Source of the DNA: an uncultured Candidatus Saccharibacteria bacterium
Lineage (GTDB): Bacteria; Patescibacteriota; JAQUNI01
Reading direction: 5' to 3'
Length of the DNA: 64,000 nt
Assembly: GCA_964555185.1 (NCBI GenBank)
Contig: CAZKRD010000001.1
Location: forward strand, 303,272 to 367,271
Shown here: positions 52,066 to 60,984 of the stretch, in pieces
How the letters are laid out: each line of letters starts with the position of its first letter
How positions within the stretch are numbered: the first letter of the stretch is position 1
Notes under the pieces: model-generated
Told to the model about the DNA's origin: nothing
What the model saw: the letters and a program-made list of their open reading frames with translations, nothing else
Database searches by the model: none
Translations under genes and position numbers: made by a program

Positions 52066-53691
52066 ATGAAAAAAGTATCCCTTTGCGCAAGCTTTGTTTT
52101 TATTGTTGCGCTGATTTTATTACTTCCAAGCAAAACCCCGGCTTTGGCTGACGGCATGGTGATTATTAATGATGATCCTGGTTCGGGCGGCTGGGGTTAT
52201 GAAGCAGAAGAAAGTCAGGAGGCATTTATTCATTATGAGGATGGCACCCAGAAGATGATTTTGAGTGTTAATTTAGGTTTTGGGCAAGACAGTAATAAGA
52301 TTTGGCTCTTTCCCGTGCCCGGCGCGCCGGAACAGGTCGCGATTGATATTATGACTGCCGTGCCTTATCTCTCGGGAGAAGAGCTTTCAGGCAGAGCAAA
52401 GTCTAACTTAACTACTGCTAAGCAGTTTGCTTTTGCCAGCCAGATTTATTCCCTGCCTTTTGTTTTTTATTTTGATGCTTCCTCCCCTCCTTATGACACG
52501 GGAGAATCTTTGGAAATAATGGCTCCCGGCGAATCTTTGGAAAAGTCGCAGGATGTAACCGTCCACGCGCGCCTTGAGAAAGAAGGGATGGTCTCCGAGA
52601 TTATTACGGCGAGAACGGGAAACGGCATTTACGATTATTTGGAGAATAAGGGCTTGGAGATTGAGATCGGCGCGATTCCGGTTTTACAGGAGTATTTTGG
52701 CGAGGATTATTCTTTTGTTGTTTCCTGGATCAGTCAGGAAACAAGCGGGCGATATGACTTTTCATTTGAGCAGAGAGGCGTTTTTGTCAGCTTTCCAACA
52801 GACGAGCTTTATTACCCCCTCTTGCCGACCAGCGTTTATGGCGACGAAGTCGTGCCGGCCACAATCAGGGTGCTCGGCTATGTTTCGCCCCGGATATTCT
52901 CCGATCTTGAGCCTCATGTTTCGGTGGATTATTTTATTGATGATTATTATTTTGATTTTGAGGGCTTAGAGTCTTTTTATGATCAGGATGTTTCGGAAAT
53001 AAAGTACACCAAAATTGAAATTGACGCTCCTTCTAAATTTTTAACCGATGATCTGTGGATGGAAAGAGAAGTACCCGGAAAGGTAGCTTACAGTTCCTTT
53101 ATCGCGGAATATGGTTTGGTGACGACCTTTATCCTCTTTACCCTGTTTTCTGTGATTATCGGAATCATCATTGGCTTGATTGTTTTTAGAAGAAGCAGGT
53201 CATGGCTTCGTTATGGATTAATTGGTCTTTCTAATTGTTTGTCTCTTTTGGGTCTTGCTTTGGTTGTGATTTTTACCCGGACTAAAGAGAGAAATGAAAA
53301 CATTGAAAATTTGCTGTCCCAGGTCAGGCAAAAAGGTTATATTTGGAAAAGAAAGCTGGCTTTTGTTGTTTTGATTTTAGATTTGCCATTTTTATTTTTA
53401 TGTCTTTTCGCTTGGTATAATTTGATCATTAGTTCACTTAATTTCCAGTATTTCGATTTTAGCAGTTTCCTACTTGCTGTCGTGCCTGTCTTAGCTTTAG
53501 TTTTCGTGATTTTGATTCGGAAGATCAGGGCAGAAGACAGAAATTTGTTTTCGGAGTTACGCGCGAATAATTATTCATCCTGGACTTTTCAACCCAAAGA
53601 TAAGAGAAAAGTTATCTTCATCCCCGTTTTCTCGGTTGGGTTTTTGATTGTTTCTTGGATTATTATTACAGTATTAGAGATGACTGTGTGA
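52066..53691 (+). CDS. Hypothetical membrane protein (signal peptide, large extracytoplasmic domain, about 6 C-terminal TM helices)
   Basis: 541 aa. Signal peptide MKKVSLCASFVFIVALILLLPSKTPALA; hydrophobic C-terminal third. Confidence 0.5.
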   Translation: MKKVSLCASFVFIVALILLLPSKTPALADGMVIINDDPGSGGWGYEAEESQEAFIHYEDGTQKMILSVNLGFGQDSNKIWLFPVPGAPEQVAIDIMTAVPYLSGEELSGRAKSNLTTAKQFAFASQIYSLPFVFYFDASSPPYDTGESLEIMAPGESLEKSQDVTVHARLEKEGMVSEIITARTGNGIYDYLENKGLEIEIGAIPVLQEYFGEDYSFVVSWISQETSGRYDFSFEQRGVFVSFPTDELYYPLLPTSVYGDEVVPATIRVLGYVSPRIFSDLEPHVSVDYFIDDYYFDFEGLESFYDQDVSEIKYTKIEIDAPSKFLTDDLWMEREVPGKVAYSSFIAEYGLVTTFILFTLFSVIIGIIIGLIVFRRSRSWLRYGLIGLSNCLSLLGLALVVIFTRTKERNENIENLLSQVRQKGYIWKRKLAFVVLILDLPFLFLCLFAWYNLIISSLNFQYFDFSSFLLAVVPVLALVFVILIRKIRAEDRNLFSELRANNYSSWTFQPKDKRKVIFIPVFSVGFLIVSWIIITVLEMTV

Positions 53692-53738
53692 AAGTTTAGA
53701 CAAATGGGCGGACTTTAATCAATATAAAAACAAAACCT

Positions 53739-54296
53739 ATGTTTAAGAGATTCATGATTTTAGGGGCGGTGATTGTTTTAGTTTTTGTTGCTGCGGGATG
53801 TTATCCTCCGGAGCCGCCTGTACCACCACAGACTTCAGGCTTGACTGAGGAAGCATTAAAGAATGCGGAATACGAGTCTGGCTGTATTGAAGGAGCGGCG
53901 CCAATGATTAATGGCGAACATTATTATTCTCCGCCTGGAGACCCGATGCCGGGAGAGGAAGATATAGAGTATTTTACAGTGATTGAAGAGGGTTTAATCG
54001 CGTTTGGAGACTTAGATGGCGACGGCGTGGATGACGCGGCAGTTATCTTGGGCTCATGGACTGGCGGCTCTGGTTATTATATCGGTATCTCAGCGGTTTC
54101 TTTACAAGGGGGTGTTCCAGTGAATATTGCTTCTGAATGTTTGGGAGACAGGGTGCTTGTCAATTCAATTGCGATTGAAAATAATGAGATTGTACTTTCG
54201 GTTGTAACCCATGGCCCGGATGATGCCCTGTGCTGTCCGACCATGGAAGGCGAAAAAAGATTCAAGCTGGATGTGGATATGTTAATTGAGCAATAA
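53739..54296 (+). CDS. Putative lipoprotein (hypothetical)
   Basis: 185 aa. The signal plus lipobox LVFVAAGC and a GDLDGDGVDD calcium-binding-like segment are present. Confidence 0.5.
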   Translation: MFKRFMILGAVIVLVFVAAGCYPPEPPVPPQTSGLTEEALKNAEYESGCIEGAAPMINGEHYYSPPGDPMPGEEDIEYFTVIEEGLIAFGDLDGDGVDDAAVILGSWTGGSGYYIGISAVSLQGGVPVNIASECLGDRVLVNSIAIENNEIVLSVVTHGPDDALCCPTMEGEKRFKLDVDMLIEQ

Positions 54297-54416
54297 TTTA
54301 AAGCCAAGGCGTGCTTTTGGCCGCGGGCGAGGAGCGGCCAGTACTTTTAATGCCGGAAAAAGAAATTGAGCCGGGTACAAAGATACATTAGTCACGTGTT
54401 TGATATATTCGAAAAT

Positions 54417-54450
54417 GTTACAAAACTGGCTGATCGGCCAGTTTTGTAAC
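54417..54450 (+). promoter_or_regulatory. Operator-like palindrome, copy 2 (perfect 14-bp arms, 6-bp spacer; upstream of the NUDIX gene promoter)
   Basis: gttacaaaactggctgatcggccagttttgtaac. A promoter TTGATT-17-TAGAAT follows at 54490-54518. Confidence 0.5.
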
Positions 54451-54489
54451 GGTCTTGTTTTGTGTTTGCCGTTTAGTGCTTTGCTGGGG

Positions 54490-54518
54490 TTGATTTTTTA
54501 TCTTAAATAGAATAGAAT
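54490..54518 (+). promoter_or_regulatory. Sigma70-like promoter candidate (TTGATT-17 bp-TAGAAT) for the NUDIX gene
   Basis: -35/-10 hexamers with 17-bp spacing, 24 nt upstream of the ATG at 54542. Confidence 0.4.
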
Positions 54519-54541
54519 TAGATAAAGGAAAAACAAAAACT

Positions 54542-54952
54542 ATGAAGAGGGTAACCAAAGTTTTAATGTTTGTTTGGCGCAAAAAAGGCGGCAAAAAGGA
54601 GTTTTTGGTCCTAAAAAGACAAGAGCAGAAAGATTGTGTCGCCTTGACTGGCCATTTGGAGGCCGGGGAAAGCCGCGAGCGGGCCGTAAAAAGAGAGGTT
54701 TTAGAAGAGCTGGACGTCTTGGCAAAGGCGATTGTTGATCTTAATTTCCAAATTACGGTTTTCTTAAAGCATCTCAATGTTGATTCCGAAGAACACGGTT
54801 TTCTAGTGGAGATTCCTGCTCAAAAACAGATTACTTTCTTAGAGTATGAAGCGCGAGTAAGCTGGTATTCTTATCAGGATTTGATTAAGAAATTAACTTA
54901 TCCCAACCAAAGAAAAGCAGCAGAGAAGATCAAAGAATTTTTGAAAGTATAA
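54542..54952 (+). CDS. NUDIX hydrolase
   Basis: 136 aa. An intact Nudix box GHLEAGESRERAVKREVLEELDV. A sigma70-like promoter (TTGATT-17-TAGAAT) lies at 54490-54518. Confidence 0.75.
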   Translation: MKRVTKVLMFVWRKKGGKKEFLVLKRQEQKDCVALTGHLEAGESRERAVKREVLEELDVLAKAIVDLNFQITVFLKHLNVDSEEHGFLVEIPAQKQITFLEYEARVSWYSYQDLIKKLTYPNQRKAAEKIKEFLKV

Positions 54953-54979
54953 AAAAACAGACTCATTGATTTTTCGGGG
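54951..54979 (+). repeat. Repeat family C-like copy outside the island (part of a hairpin between convergent genes)
   Basis: aaaaaaacagactcattgatttttcgggg. CAGACTCAT (54957-54965) pairs with ATGAGTCTG (54990-54998), a 9-bp stem between the NUDIX gene (+) and the RlpA-like gene (-). Confidence 0.4.
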
Positions 54980-54986
54980 TGTCTAT

Positions 54987-55556
54987 TTATGAGTCTGCAG
55001 GAACCAGAAATTCTATGATGACATTTCCCACTCCCTCTTTTTTAAATCCGAGGTATTGAGCGAGACCCTCGGAAAGGTCAAACTTCCTTTCATGATGGGG
55101 AGTGAGATGTCCCCTTTCATTATATAGAGCTTTTACAATCCCGTTTTCAACTTTCAAGGCCCAAGGCCCTCGGTCAGTTACCCTTGTTAAGACTGATCGT
55201 TTATTCGCGGGATTTATAATTCGCACTTTTGTATTAAGAGCTAAAAGCTCTTTTGGCAAATTAGTAGCCATAGTGAAAGCGTTTTTGTTGAAGATTTCAC
55301 CGTTAGCCATTGTTCTGCCATGAAATTTGAGACCATACCAGCTCGCTCGACCTTCGATTTTTATAATTCTGTGTTTAATCCGGGTCTCTTTTTCTTGGGC
55401 GAGTTTAACGACTGGATGATACCATCCTTGAGCAAGGCTTTTGACGGGTTTTTCTACTGGCAGGAGAAAGTCGAGAATGAGAACGAGCATAAGCCCTAAG
55501 ATTAAGAATCTTACCTCTAGACCATTTTTTTCTTCTTCTTTCTTTTCTTCTTCCAT
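54987..55556 (-). CDS. RlpA-like double-psi beta-barrel (DPBB) lipoprotein
   Basis: 189 aa. ASWYGLKFHGRTMANGEIFN...ATNLP...KVRIINPANKRSVLTRVTDRGP matches the RlpA DPBB domain. A GGAGG RBS precedes the start on the minus strand. Confidence 0.65.
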   Translation of the reverse strand: MEEEKKEEEKNGLEVRFLILGLMLVLILDFLLPVEKPVKSLAQGWYHPVVKLAQEKETRIKHRIIKIEGRASWYGLKFHGRTMANGEIFNKNAFTMATNLPKELLALNTKVRIINPANKRSVLTRVTDRGPWALKVENGIVKALYNERGHLTPHHERKFDLSEGLAQYLGFKKEGVGNVIIEFLVPADS

Positions 55557-55624
55557 TTTTTCCCTCCTTGTGCTTTAATAAAGTGTTCCCCCAAAGCTTT
55601 GTTTTATAACATAGATTATAGAAT

Positions 55625-56596
55625 ATGTCAACGTTTGCTAATTTCTTAAAATCTTTTTGGCCAATTATTATTGTTTTAGTTATTATTATATTTCAATTTT
55701 TAAAAAAGAAAAAAATTATGAATGGAGAAAATGTGATCAATGTCAAAGCAAAGAATATCCTAAAGGATAAAAAGAACGCCCGTTATGTGCTTTGGGGGGT
55801 AATCGGGGTTATTGTTATCATTTTAATCGCGCTTTCAATCGTGGTTATTCCGGCGGGGACGACCGGGGTTTATCATCTCTTTGGCAAGGTGCGTGATCGC
55901 GAGGTTTCTTCCGGCATTCACCTTATTAACCCTCTAGCCCGGGTGACCAAGATGAGTATCCGGACCGAGGAATACACAATGACTTCTGTCCAGGGCGAAG
56001 GCCAAAAAAAAGACGATGATTCGATTGCTGCCTTGACGCGTGAGGGATTAAGTGTTAATCTAGAGATTACGGTTCTTTATCACTTGATGGAGGAGAGCGC
56101 TTCGGATATTTATCGGGAAGTGGGCCTAAATTACGAAGAAAAGATTATCAGACCCAGAATCAGAAGCGCGATCCGGGCGGCAGTGGCGCAATACGAAGCC
56201 AAAGATATCTATTCAGAGAAAAGAGAGGAGCTAACCACTAAAATCCTTTCTGATTTAGAGGATGAGATTGGATCGCGCGGGATTGGGGTTGAAGAGGTTT
56301 TATTGCGCAATGTGGTTTTACCTGAAAAGCTAGCAGTAAGCATTCAAGAGAAACTGTCAGCTGAACAGGAAGCGCAGAAATTTGACTTTATCTTGGAGCG
56401 CGAGATCAAGGAAGCAGAAAGAAAGAGGATTGAAGCGCGAGGCCAGCGCGATGCCCAGACAATCATCAATGAGAGCTTGACTACGGATTTCTTGAAGTAT
56501 TTGTACATCAAAGAATTAAAAGACCGGGAGGGAACGATCTATGTGCCGATCAGTCCTAATACTGGCTTGCCTTTGTTTCGGGACGTGGCAGAATAA
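55625..56596 (+). CDS. SPFH/band-7 (prohibitin/HflK/C-like) membrane protein
   Basis: 323 aa. An N-terminal TM helix, then an SPFH domain (GTTGVYHLFGKVRDREVSSGIHLINPLARVTKMSIRTEEY), then a coiled-coil tail. Confidence 0.7.
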   Translation: MSTFANFLKSFWPIIIVLVIIIFQFLKKKKIMNGENVINVKAKNILKDKKNARYVLWGVIGVIVIILIALSIVVIPAGTTGVYHLFGKVRDREVSSGIHLINPLARVTKMSIRTEEYTMTSVQGEGQKKDDDSIAALTREGLSVNLEITVLYHLMEESASDIYREVGLNYEEKIIRPRIRSAIRAAVAQYEAKDIYSEKREELTTKILSDLEDEIGSRGIGVEEVLLRNVVLPEKLAVSIQEKLSAEQEAQKFDFILEREIKEAERKRIEARGQRDAQTIINESLTTDFLKYLYIKELKDREGTIYVPISPNTGLPLFRDVAE

Positions 56597-56637
56597 GGAT
56601 TCTATTTACAGTCAAACAAAACCCATAGAGGAGGTAA

Positions 56638-57162
56638 ATGAAAATGGCGAAGCTTAGGTTGATTGTTGAAAGTGAAGAATATGCAGAGAATGTGGGGACG
56701 GATGATGCGCCAGAGCTTAAGACCATGGGAACAAGAATAAAGGTTAAAGAGGCCCTGGAATTCGTCGGTAATAAGAAGCCTGTGTTATCTATATCTTTAC
56801 CGAGAGTAGGCGATGAAGTTGCCAATAGAAACAATGTGGATCGCACCTTCTGGCTTGGGACTCGCCTCTCAGGCGGATGGTCGGAGATGTCGAAATCCGA
56901 GGGAGCAATCAAAGTCCGGGGTGAGATTAGAGACGGAAAGATTATAGGGATTCAGGAAATGGCTCTTGGAAAGAAACCTATCCCCGTTCCTGGCGACATT
57001 ATAAAAGGATGCATAGCCGAGGGTAAAGAAGGTGTTCTCCCTGAAAGAGAATGTGTACTGCATCTTAGGTTGATAGCTCCTGGCATATGGATCATCGCCC
57101 GCGAAGTAAAAGGAAGATCAGGAGGAGTGAGTAAAAGGAAGCTTCCTTTTCGCCGCAAGTAG
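56638..57162 (+). CDS. Hypothetical protein
   Basis: 174 aa; strong RBS AGGAGGTAAATG; no recognisable domain. Confidence 0.4.
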   Translation: MKMAKLRLIVESEEYAENVGTDDAPELKTMGTRIKVKEALEFVGNKKPVLSISLPRVGDEVANRNNVDRTFWLGTRLSGGWSEMSKSEGAIKVRGEIRDGKIIGIQEMALGKKPIPVPGDIIKGCIAEGKEGVLPERECVLHLRLIAPGIWIIAREVKGRSGGVSKRKLPFRRK

Positions 57163-57256
57163 GGTTAAACTTTACAAACCTATAGAGCTCATATTGTTTT
57201 TAACTTTCAGAGAATAATTGAGCTTTTTTTATACTTTTGAAAAATTAAAAAATAAA

Positions 57257-57302
57257 CCTTCGTCCCGAGGGCGTTCGACTGAGCTCAGCCGAAGTCTTCA
57301 GG
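57257..57302 (-). repeat. 46-bp palindromic element, copy 2 (inverted orientation)
   Basis: On the + strand it reads ccttcgtcccgagggcgttcgactgagctcagccgaagtcttcagg, with the internal near-palindrome CTTCGGCTGAGCTCAGCCGAAG. It lies upstream of ftsA. Confidence 0.8.
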
Positions 57303-57457
57303 TCGAGGAAAATTCAATAAAAATTAAAAAATAAGAAATAAACAAAAAATAAGAAATAAAAAACAAAAAACACTCCCTATTATTTGCCAAACTGAAACAA
57401 AAGTTGTAAAATGATCATAGAAGCGCTGTTTTTACAGTATTGTTTTTGGTTATCAAT

Positions 57458-58720
57458 ATGGGATTATTTTCAAAATTAAAAAACAAAAAAAATAAAGGTA
57501 ATTCTGCGTTTGCTTTGGATATTGGTACGGCCGTGGTCAAAGCTTTAATTTTCCGGATTGATGAAAAAGAGGGCAAGGGTTATATTTTAGGCGTGGGTCG
57601 GGCCAATCAGGCGTTAGGAGATATGCAGTCGGGTGCGGTTACGGACATTGCCGGCGTGGTTGCGACTTGCGAGAAAGCAATTAAGGCGGCAACAGATGAG
57701 GCTCATTTCCGGCCGACCCAGGTTATTTTAGGTATTGCTGGCGAGTTGGTCAAAGGTTCAACCACCATGGTTCATTATGAACGTTTAAAACCCAAGACCA
57801 AGATTGATCTGCCCGAACTTAAGAACATTCTCCATAAGGTGCAATGGAAGGCTTTTGACAAAGTCAGAAAACAGTTGGCCTGGGAGACCGGTCATTCCGA
57901 GATTGATGTCAAGTTGATTAACGCGGCAATCGTGGATGTCCGGATTGACGGCTACCGGGTGACTAATCCTTTGGGCTTTCAGGGTAAGGATGTTTCGATC
58001 GGGATTTTTAATGCCTACGCCCCTCTTGTGCATTTGGGCGCTTTGCAAACAATCGCTTCGGAATTGGATTTGGATCTCCTTTCGATTGCAGCCGAACCTT
58101 ATGCTGTGGCGCGGGCCACGGGTCTAGAAGACGCTCCGGAGTTTTCGGCTATTTTTATTGATGTTGGCGGAGGCACCACCGATATCGCGGTCGTGCGCAA
58201 CGGCGGGGTGGAGGGGACAAAGATGTTCGCTTTGGGCGGGCGCGCTTTCACAAAGAGAATCGCTTCTGATTTGGGTGTTAGTCTGGCAGAGGCCGAGGAA
58301 ATGAAGATCAAATATTCTCGCAGCCAACTGCCAGAAGCAAAACTTGCCAAGATTAAAGAGTCCTTAACCGGTGATGTGCGGGTTTGGATTTCAGGATTAG
58401 AGCTTGCTCTCTCTGAATTTACGGAATCTGATTTGCTGCCTTCGCGGATTCTGCTTTGCGGCGGCGGTTCTTTATTGCCTGGAATTCAAGCCGCGCTTCT
58501 CAATCCGATTTGGGTTGAAAATTTGCCTTTTGCTAAGAACCCGCAAGTGAGTTTTATTAAACCAGAGGAGGTGGTTGATATCATTGATCAAACAAAGAAG
58601 TTAACCCAACCCCAGGATATTACACCAATGGCCTTGGCCAATCTCGCTATTGATTTGGCTGGACAAGAGAGGGTGGTGGGTAAAATTTTGAGAAGAGTGG
58701 TTCGGATGATGCAGACTTAG
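57458..58720 (+). CDS. ftsA: Actin-like ATPase, FtsA-like cell-division protein
   Basis: FALDIGTAVVKALIF (phosphate 1) and FIDVGGGTTDIAVV (phosphate 2), about 420 aa. The track start at 57440 is TTG, so the ATG at 57458 is used. A PilM-like identity cannot be excluded. Confidence 0.6.
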   Translation: MGLFSKLKNKKNKGNSAFALDIGTAVVKALIFRIDEKEGKGYILGVGRANQALGDMQSGAVTDIAGVVATCEKAIKAATDEAHFRPTQVILGIAGELVKGSTTMVHYERLKPKTKIDLPELKNILHKVQWKAFDKVRKQLAWETGHSEIDVKLINAAIVDVRIDGYRVTNPLGFQGKDVSIGIFNAYAPLVHLGALQTIASELDLDLLSIAAEPYAVARATGLEDAPEFSAIFIDVGGGTTDIAVVRNGGVEGTKMFALGGRAFTKRIASDLGVSLAEAEEMKIKYSRSQLPEAKLAKIKESLTGDVRVWISGLELALSEFTESDLLPSRILLCGGGSLLPGIQAALLNPIWVENLPFAKNPQVSFIKPEEVVDIIDQTKKLTQPQDITPMALANLAIDLAGQERVVGKILRRVVRMMQT

Positions 58721-58850
58721 ATTAATGCAAAATGTAAATCTCAAAATGCAAAATGATAAATCAAAATGCAAAGAGAATCCTTCCTTTTTGCATTTAGGTA
58801 ATTTTACATTTTCATTTTGATTTTTGCACTTTGAATTTTGATTTTAAATA
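58721..58850 (+). repeat. Heptamer-periodic palindromic upstream element (word aaatgca / tgcattt)
   Basis: gcaaaatgtaaatctcaaaatgcaaaatgataaatcaaaatgcaaagag ... ttttgcatttaggtaattttacattttcattttgatttttgcactttgaattttgatttt. The 7-nt periodicity is clear on both arms. Confidence 0.6.
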
Positions 58851-60590
58851 ATGAAAACGATTTATATTGACATCGATGAAGAAATTACGAGTGTGATTGA
58901 CCGGATCAGGAAAATTACAGATCGGGAGATTGTTTTAGTTATTCCCCAGCGGGCTTTGCTTTTGCAGAGTATTGTCAACTTAAAGCTTTTAAAGGGACAG
59001 GGCGATATTTTGGGCAGGAAAGTGATTATTGTGACTGCCGACCAATTAGGGAAACATTTGGCGGTAAGGGCTGGTTTAGAAGTTAGAGAAAAGGTGGGGA
59101 ATAGAGCTGTTTTAACTACTGAAATCGAAGTGTCTCGAGAGGAAAAGGAAAGAGAGACAAAAACGAGGTCAAGGAAGCAGACGCAGCCTTTTTCTTCTCT
59201 AGAGCGGCATTCGGCGGTTTCGGTTTTTGATATTGTCCGGCGGGCCAAGAGTCAGAAGTTTTATCCCCTAAGGCAAGAAAAGGATAAAGAAAAAAAGAAG
59301 TTTTTTTCAAAGTTTAAAGTCCGCCGTCCCAAAGGCGGACGGCCGGACAGGCCCGCCTACGCCAAGGCTTCGGCGGGCAGGCCTAAATATCCAGGACTCA
59401 AAAGGAAACGTTCCCGCAGGCTGGGGGCGCGGCTCTCTTCGTTTTCCGCCAAGGTCGGTTTGGGTTTTATCGGCTTAAGTTTGGTTTTGGTTGTTTTAAT
59501 TATTTTATTGGTCCTTCCTCATGCCACGGTTACGATTATCCCCAAGAGCGAACCTTTAAGTCAAAATGTTGAGTTGGTGGTGCGAACAGATATTGAGGAA
59601 ATAGATGATTTAACCAAAGCGATTCCCGGCGAGTTTATGATTTTAGAAAAGCAGGAGTCGCGTATTTTCTCAAGCACCGGCAAGCAAGAAATCTTGGAGA
59701 AAGCTTCTGGCACAGTAACTATTTATAACGAGAAAGGCGTCAGCCAGACACTGGTTGCCACAACCAGATTGATGGCAGAGGGAGAGATTCTTTTCCGAAC
59801 CAAAGAGCGGGTGGTGATCCCGCCGGCCTCGGTTTCTCCAGAGGGTTCTTTGGCGCCAGGTGCCGTTGCTGTTTCCGTGATTGCTGACCAGGCCGGCCCA
59901 GAAGGCAATATCGCGCCTTGCGAGTTCTATGTTGTCGCTTTTTCTGAAAGTCAGCGCCAAAAGGTTTATGCTCGGAACACAGAAGCTTTTGTTGGCGGCG
60001 CTTCTTACGAGGCGAAAGTGGTTGCGGAGAAGGATTTAGAAGGAGCCAAAAGGATAATCTCCGAAGATTTGATTGCGATCGGCCGTGAAGAGATCAAGGC
60101 GGAATTAAACTTGGATTTTGAATTGCCTGAAGGCGCGATTGAGAGTGAAATTATAGAGGAAGAAGCAAGCAGAGGGGTAGGCGAGCAGGCAGAGAGTTTT
60201 GAACAAAAAGTTAAGATCCATCTTAAGGCTCTGGTTTTTAGAAGCGAAGAGGCGGCAGAACTAGCGTTGAATTCAACGATGGATGTTTTGCCGGATGATA
60301 AGTATATCATTAACCCTTCGCTAGAAGAAGGAATTGATTTTAGTATTGAAAGCATTGATTTAATCCAGGAAAGGGCTTTGTTGAACGTTCGGGTAGAGAA
60401 ACAGGTTGTCTGGAAGATTGATACCCTAAAGCTTAAAGCGGAGATCACTGGCTTGAGTCAGGAAGAGGCCTTGGAGCACCTTAATGAAATAGATGAGATT
60501 CTGGAGGCAGAACTGAAACTCTGGCCTTTTTGGGTCAGAAAAGTCCCTAGTTTAGAAAAAAAAGTGGAAATAGAGATTAAGGCAGAATAG
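58851..60590 (+). CDS. Hypothetical protein (single central TM helix, basic linker, acidic C-terminal half)
   Basis: 579 aa. TM helix LGFIGLSLVLVVLIILLVL; no recognisable family. It sits between ftsA and infA where ftsZ would conventionally be, but it has no tubulin/FtsZ motifs. Confidence 0.45.
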   Translation: MKTIYIDIDEEITSVIDRIRKITDREIVLVIPQRALLLQSIVNLKLLKGQGDILGRKVIIVTADQLGKHLAVRAGLEVREKVGNRAVLTTEIEVSREEKERETKTRSRKQTQPFSSLERHSAVSVFDIVRRAKSQKFYPLRQEKDKEKKKFFSKFKVRRPKGGRPDRPAYAKASAGRPKYPGLKRKRSRRLGARLSSFSAKVGLGFIGLSLVLVVLIILLVLPHATVTIIPKSEPLSQNVELVVRTDIEEIDDLTKAIPGEFMILEKQESRIFSSTGKQEILEKASGTVTIYNEKGVSQTLVATTRLMAEGEILFRTKERVVIPPASVSPEGSLAPGAVAVSVIADQAGPEGNIAPCEFYVVAFSESQRQKVYARNTEAFVGGASYEAKVVAEKDLEGAKRIISEDLIAIGREEIKAELNLDFELPEGAIESEIIEEEASRGVGEQAESFEQKVKIHLKALVFRSEEAAELALNSTMDVLPDDKYIINPSLEEGIDFSIESIDLIQERALLNVRVEKQVVWKIDTLKLKAEITGLSQEEALEHLNEIDEILEAELKLWPFWVRKVPSLEKKVEIEIKAE

Positions 60591-60711
60591 TGAGATATGA
60601 TCCCATTATAAGAAGACCAGGGGCCTTGCCCCATGTTTTTGACTTTATTTTAAGATATGTTATACTAAATCAGGTCTTTGTGATCACTATTTTTGGTGAT
60701 GTTTTTATATT

Positions 60712-60984
60712 ATGCTAAAAAAAAGTAAGATTTCTAGATCTGCTAAGGAATCTAGACCGACTTCGCCTTTGTCCAAGAAAGATGTCATTGAATTGCAGGG
60801 AGAGGTGAGCGAGGTTTTGCCTTCCACTACTTTTAAGGTAAAACTAGAGAACAATCATGAAATCCTCGCTCATATTTCAGGCAGAATCAGAGTGCATAGG
60901 ATTCGGATTATGCCGGGTGATAAGGTGCGCGTGGAATTGAGCCCTTATGATTTGAGTAAAGGGCGAATTGTTTATCGTTATTGA
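60712..60984 (+). CDS. infA: Translation initiation factor IF-1 (second copy, canonical alpha-operon position, with ~20-aa N-terminal extension)
   Basis: [66 protein letters not shown], directly upstream of rpmJ. Confidence 0.75.
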   Translation: MLKKSKISRSAKESRPTSPLSKKDVIELQGEVSEVLPSTTFKVKLENNHEILAHISGRIRVHRIRIMPGDKVRVELSPYDLSKGRIVYRY

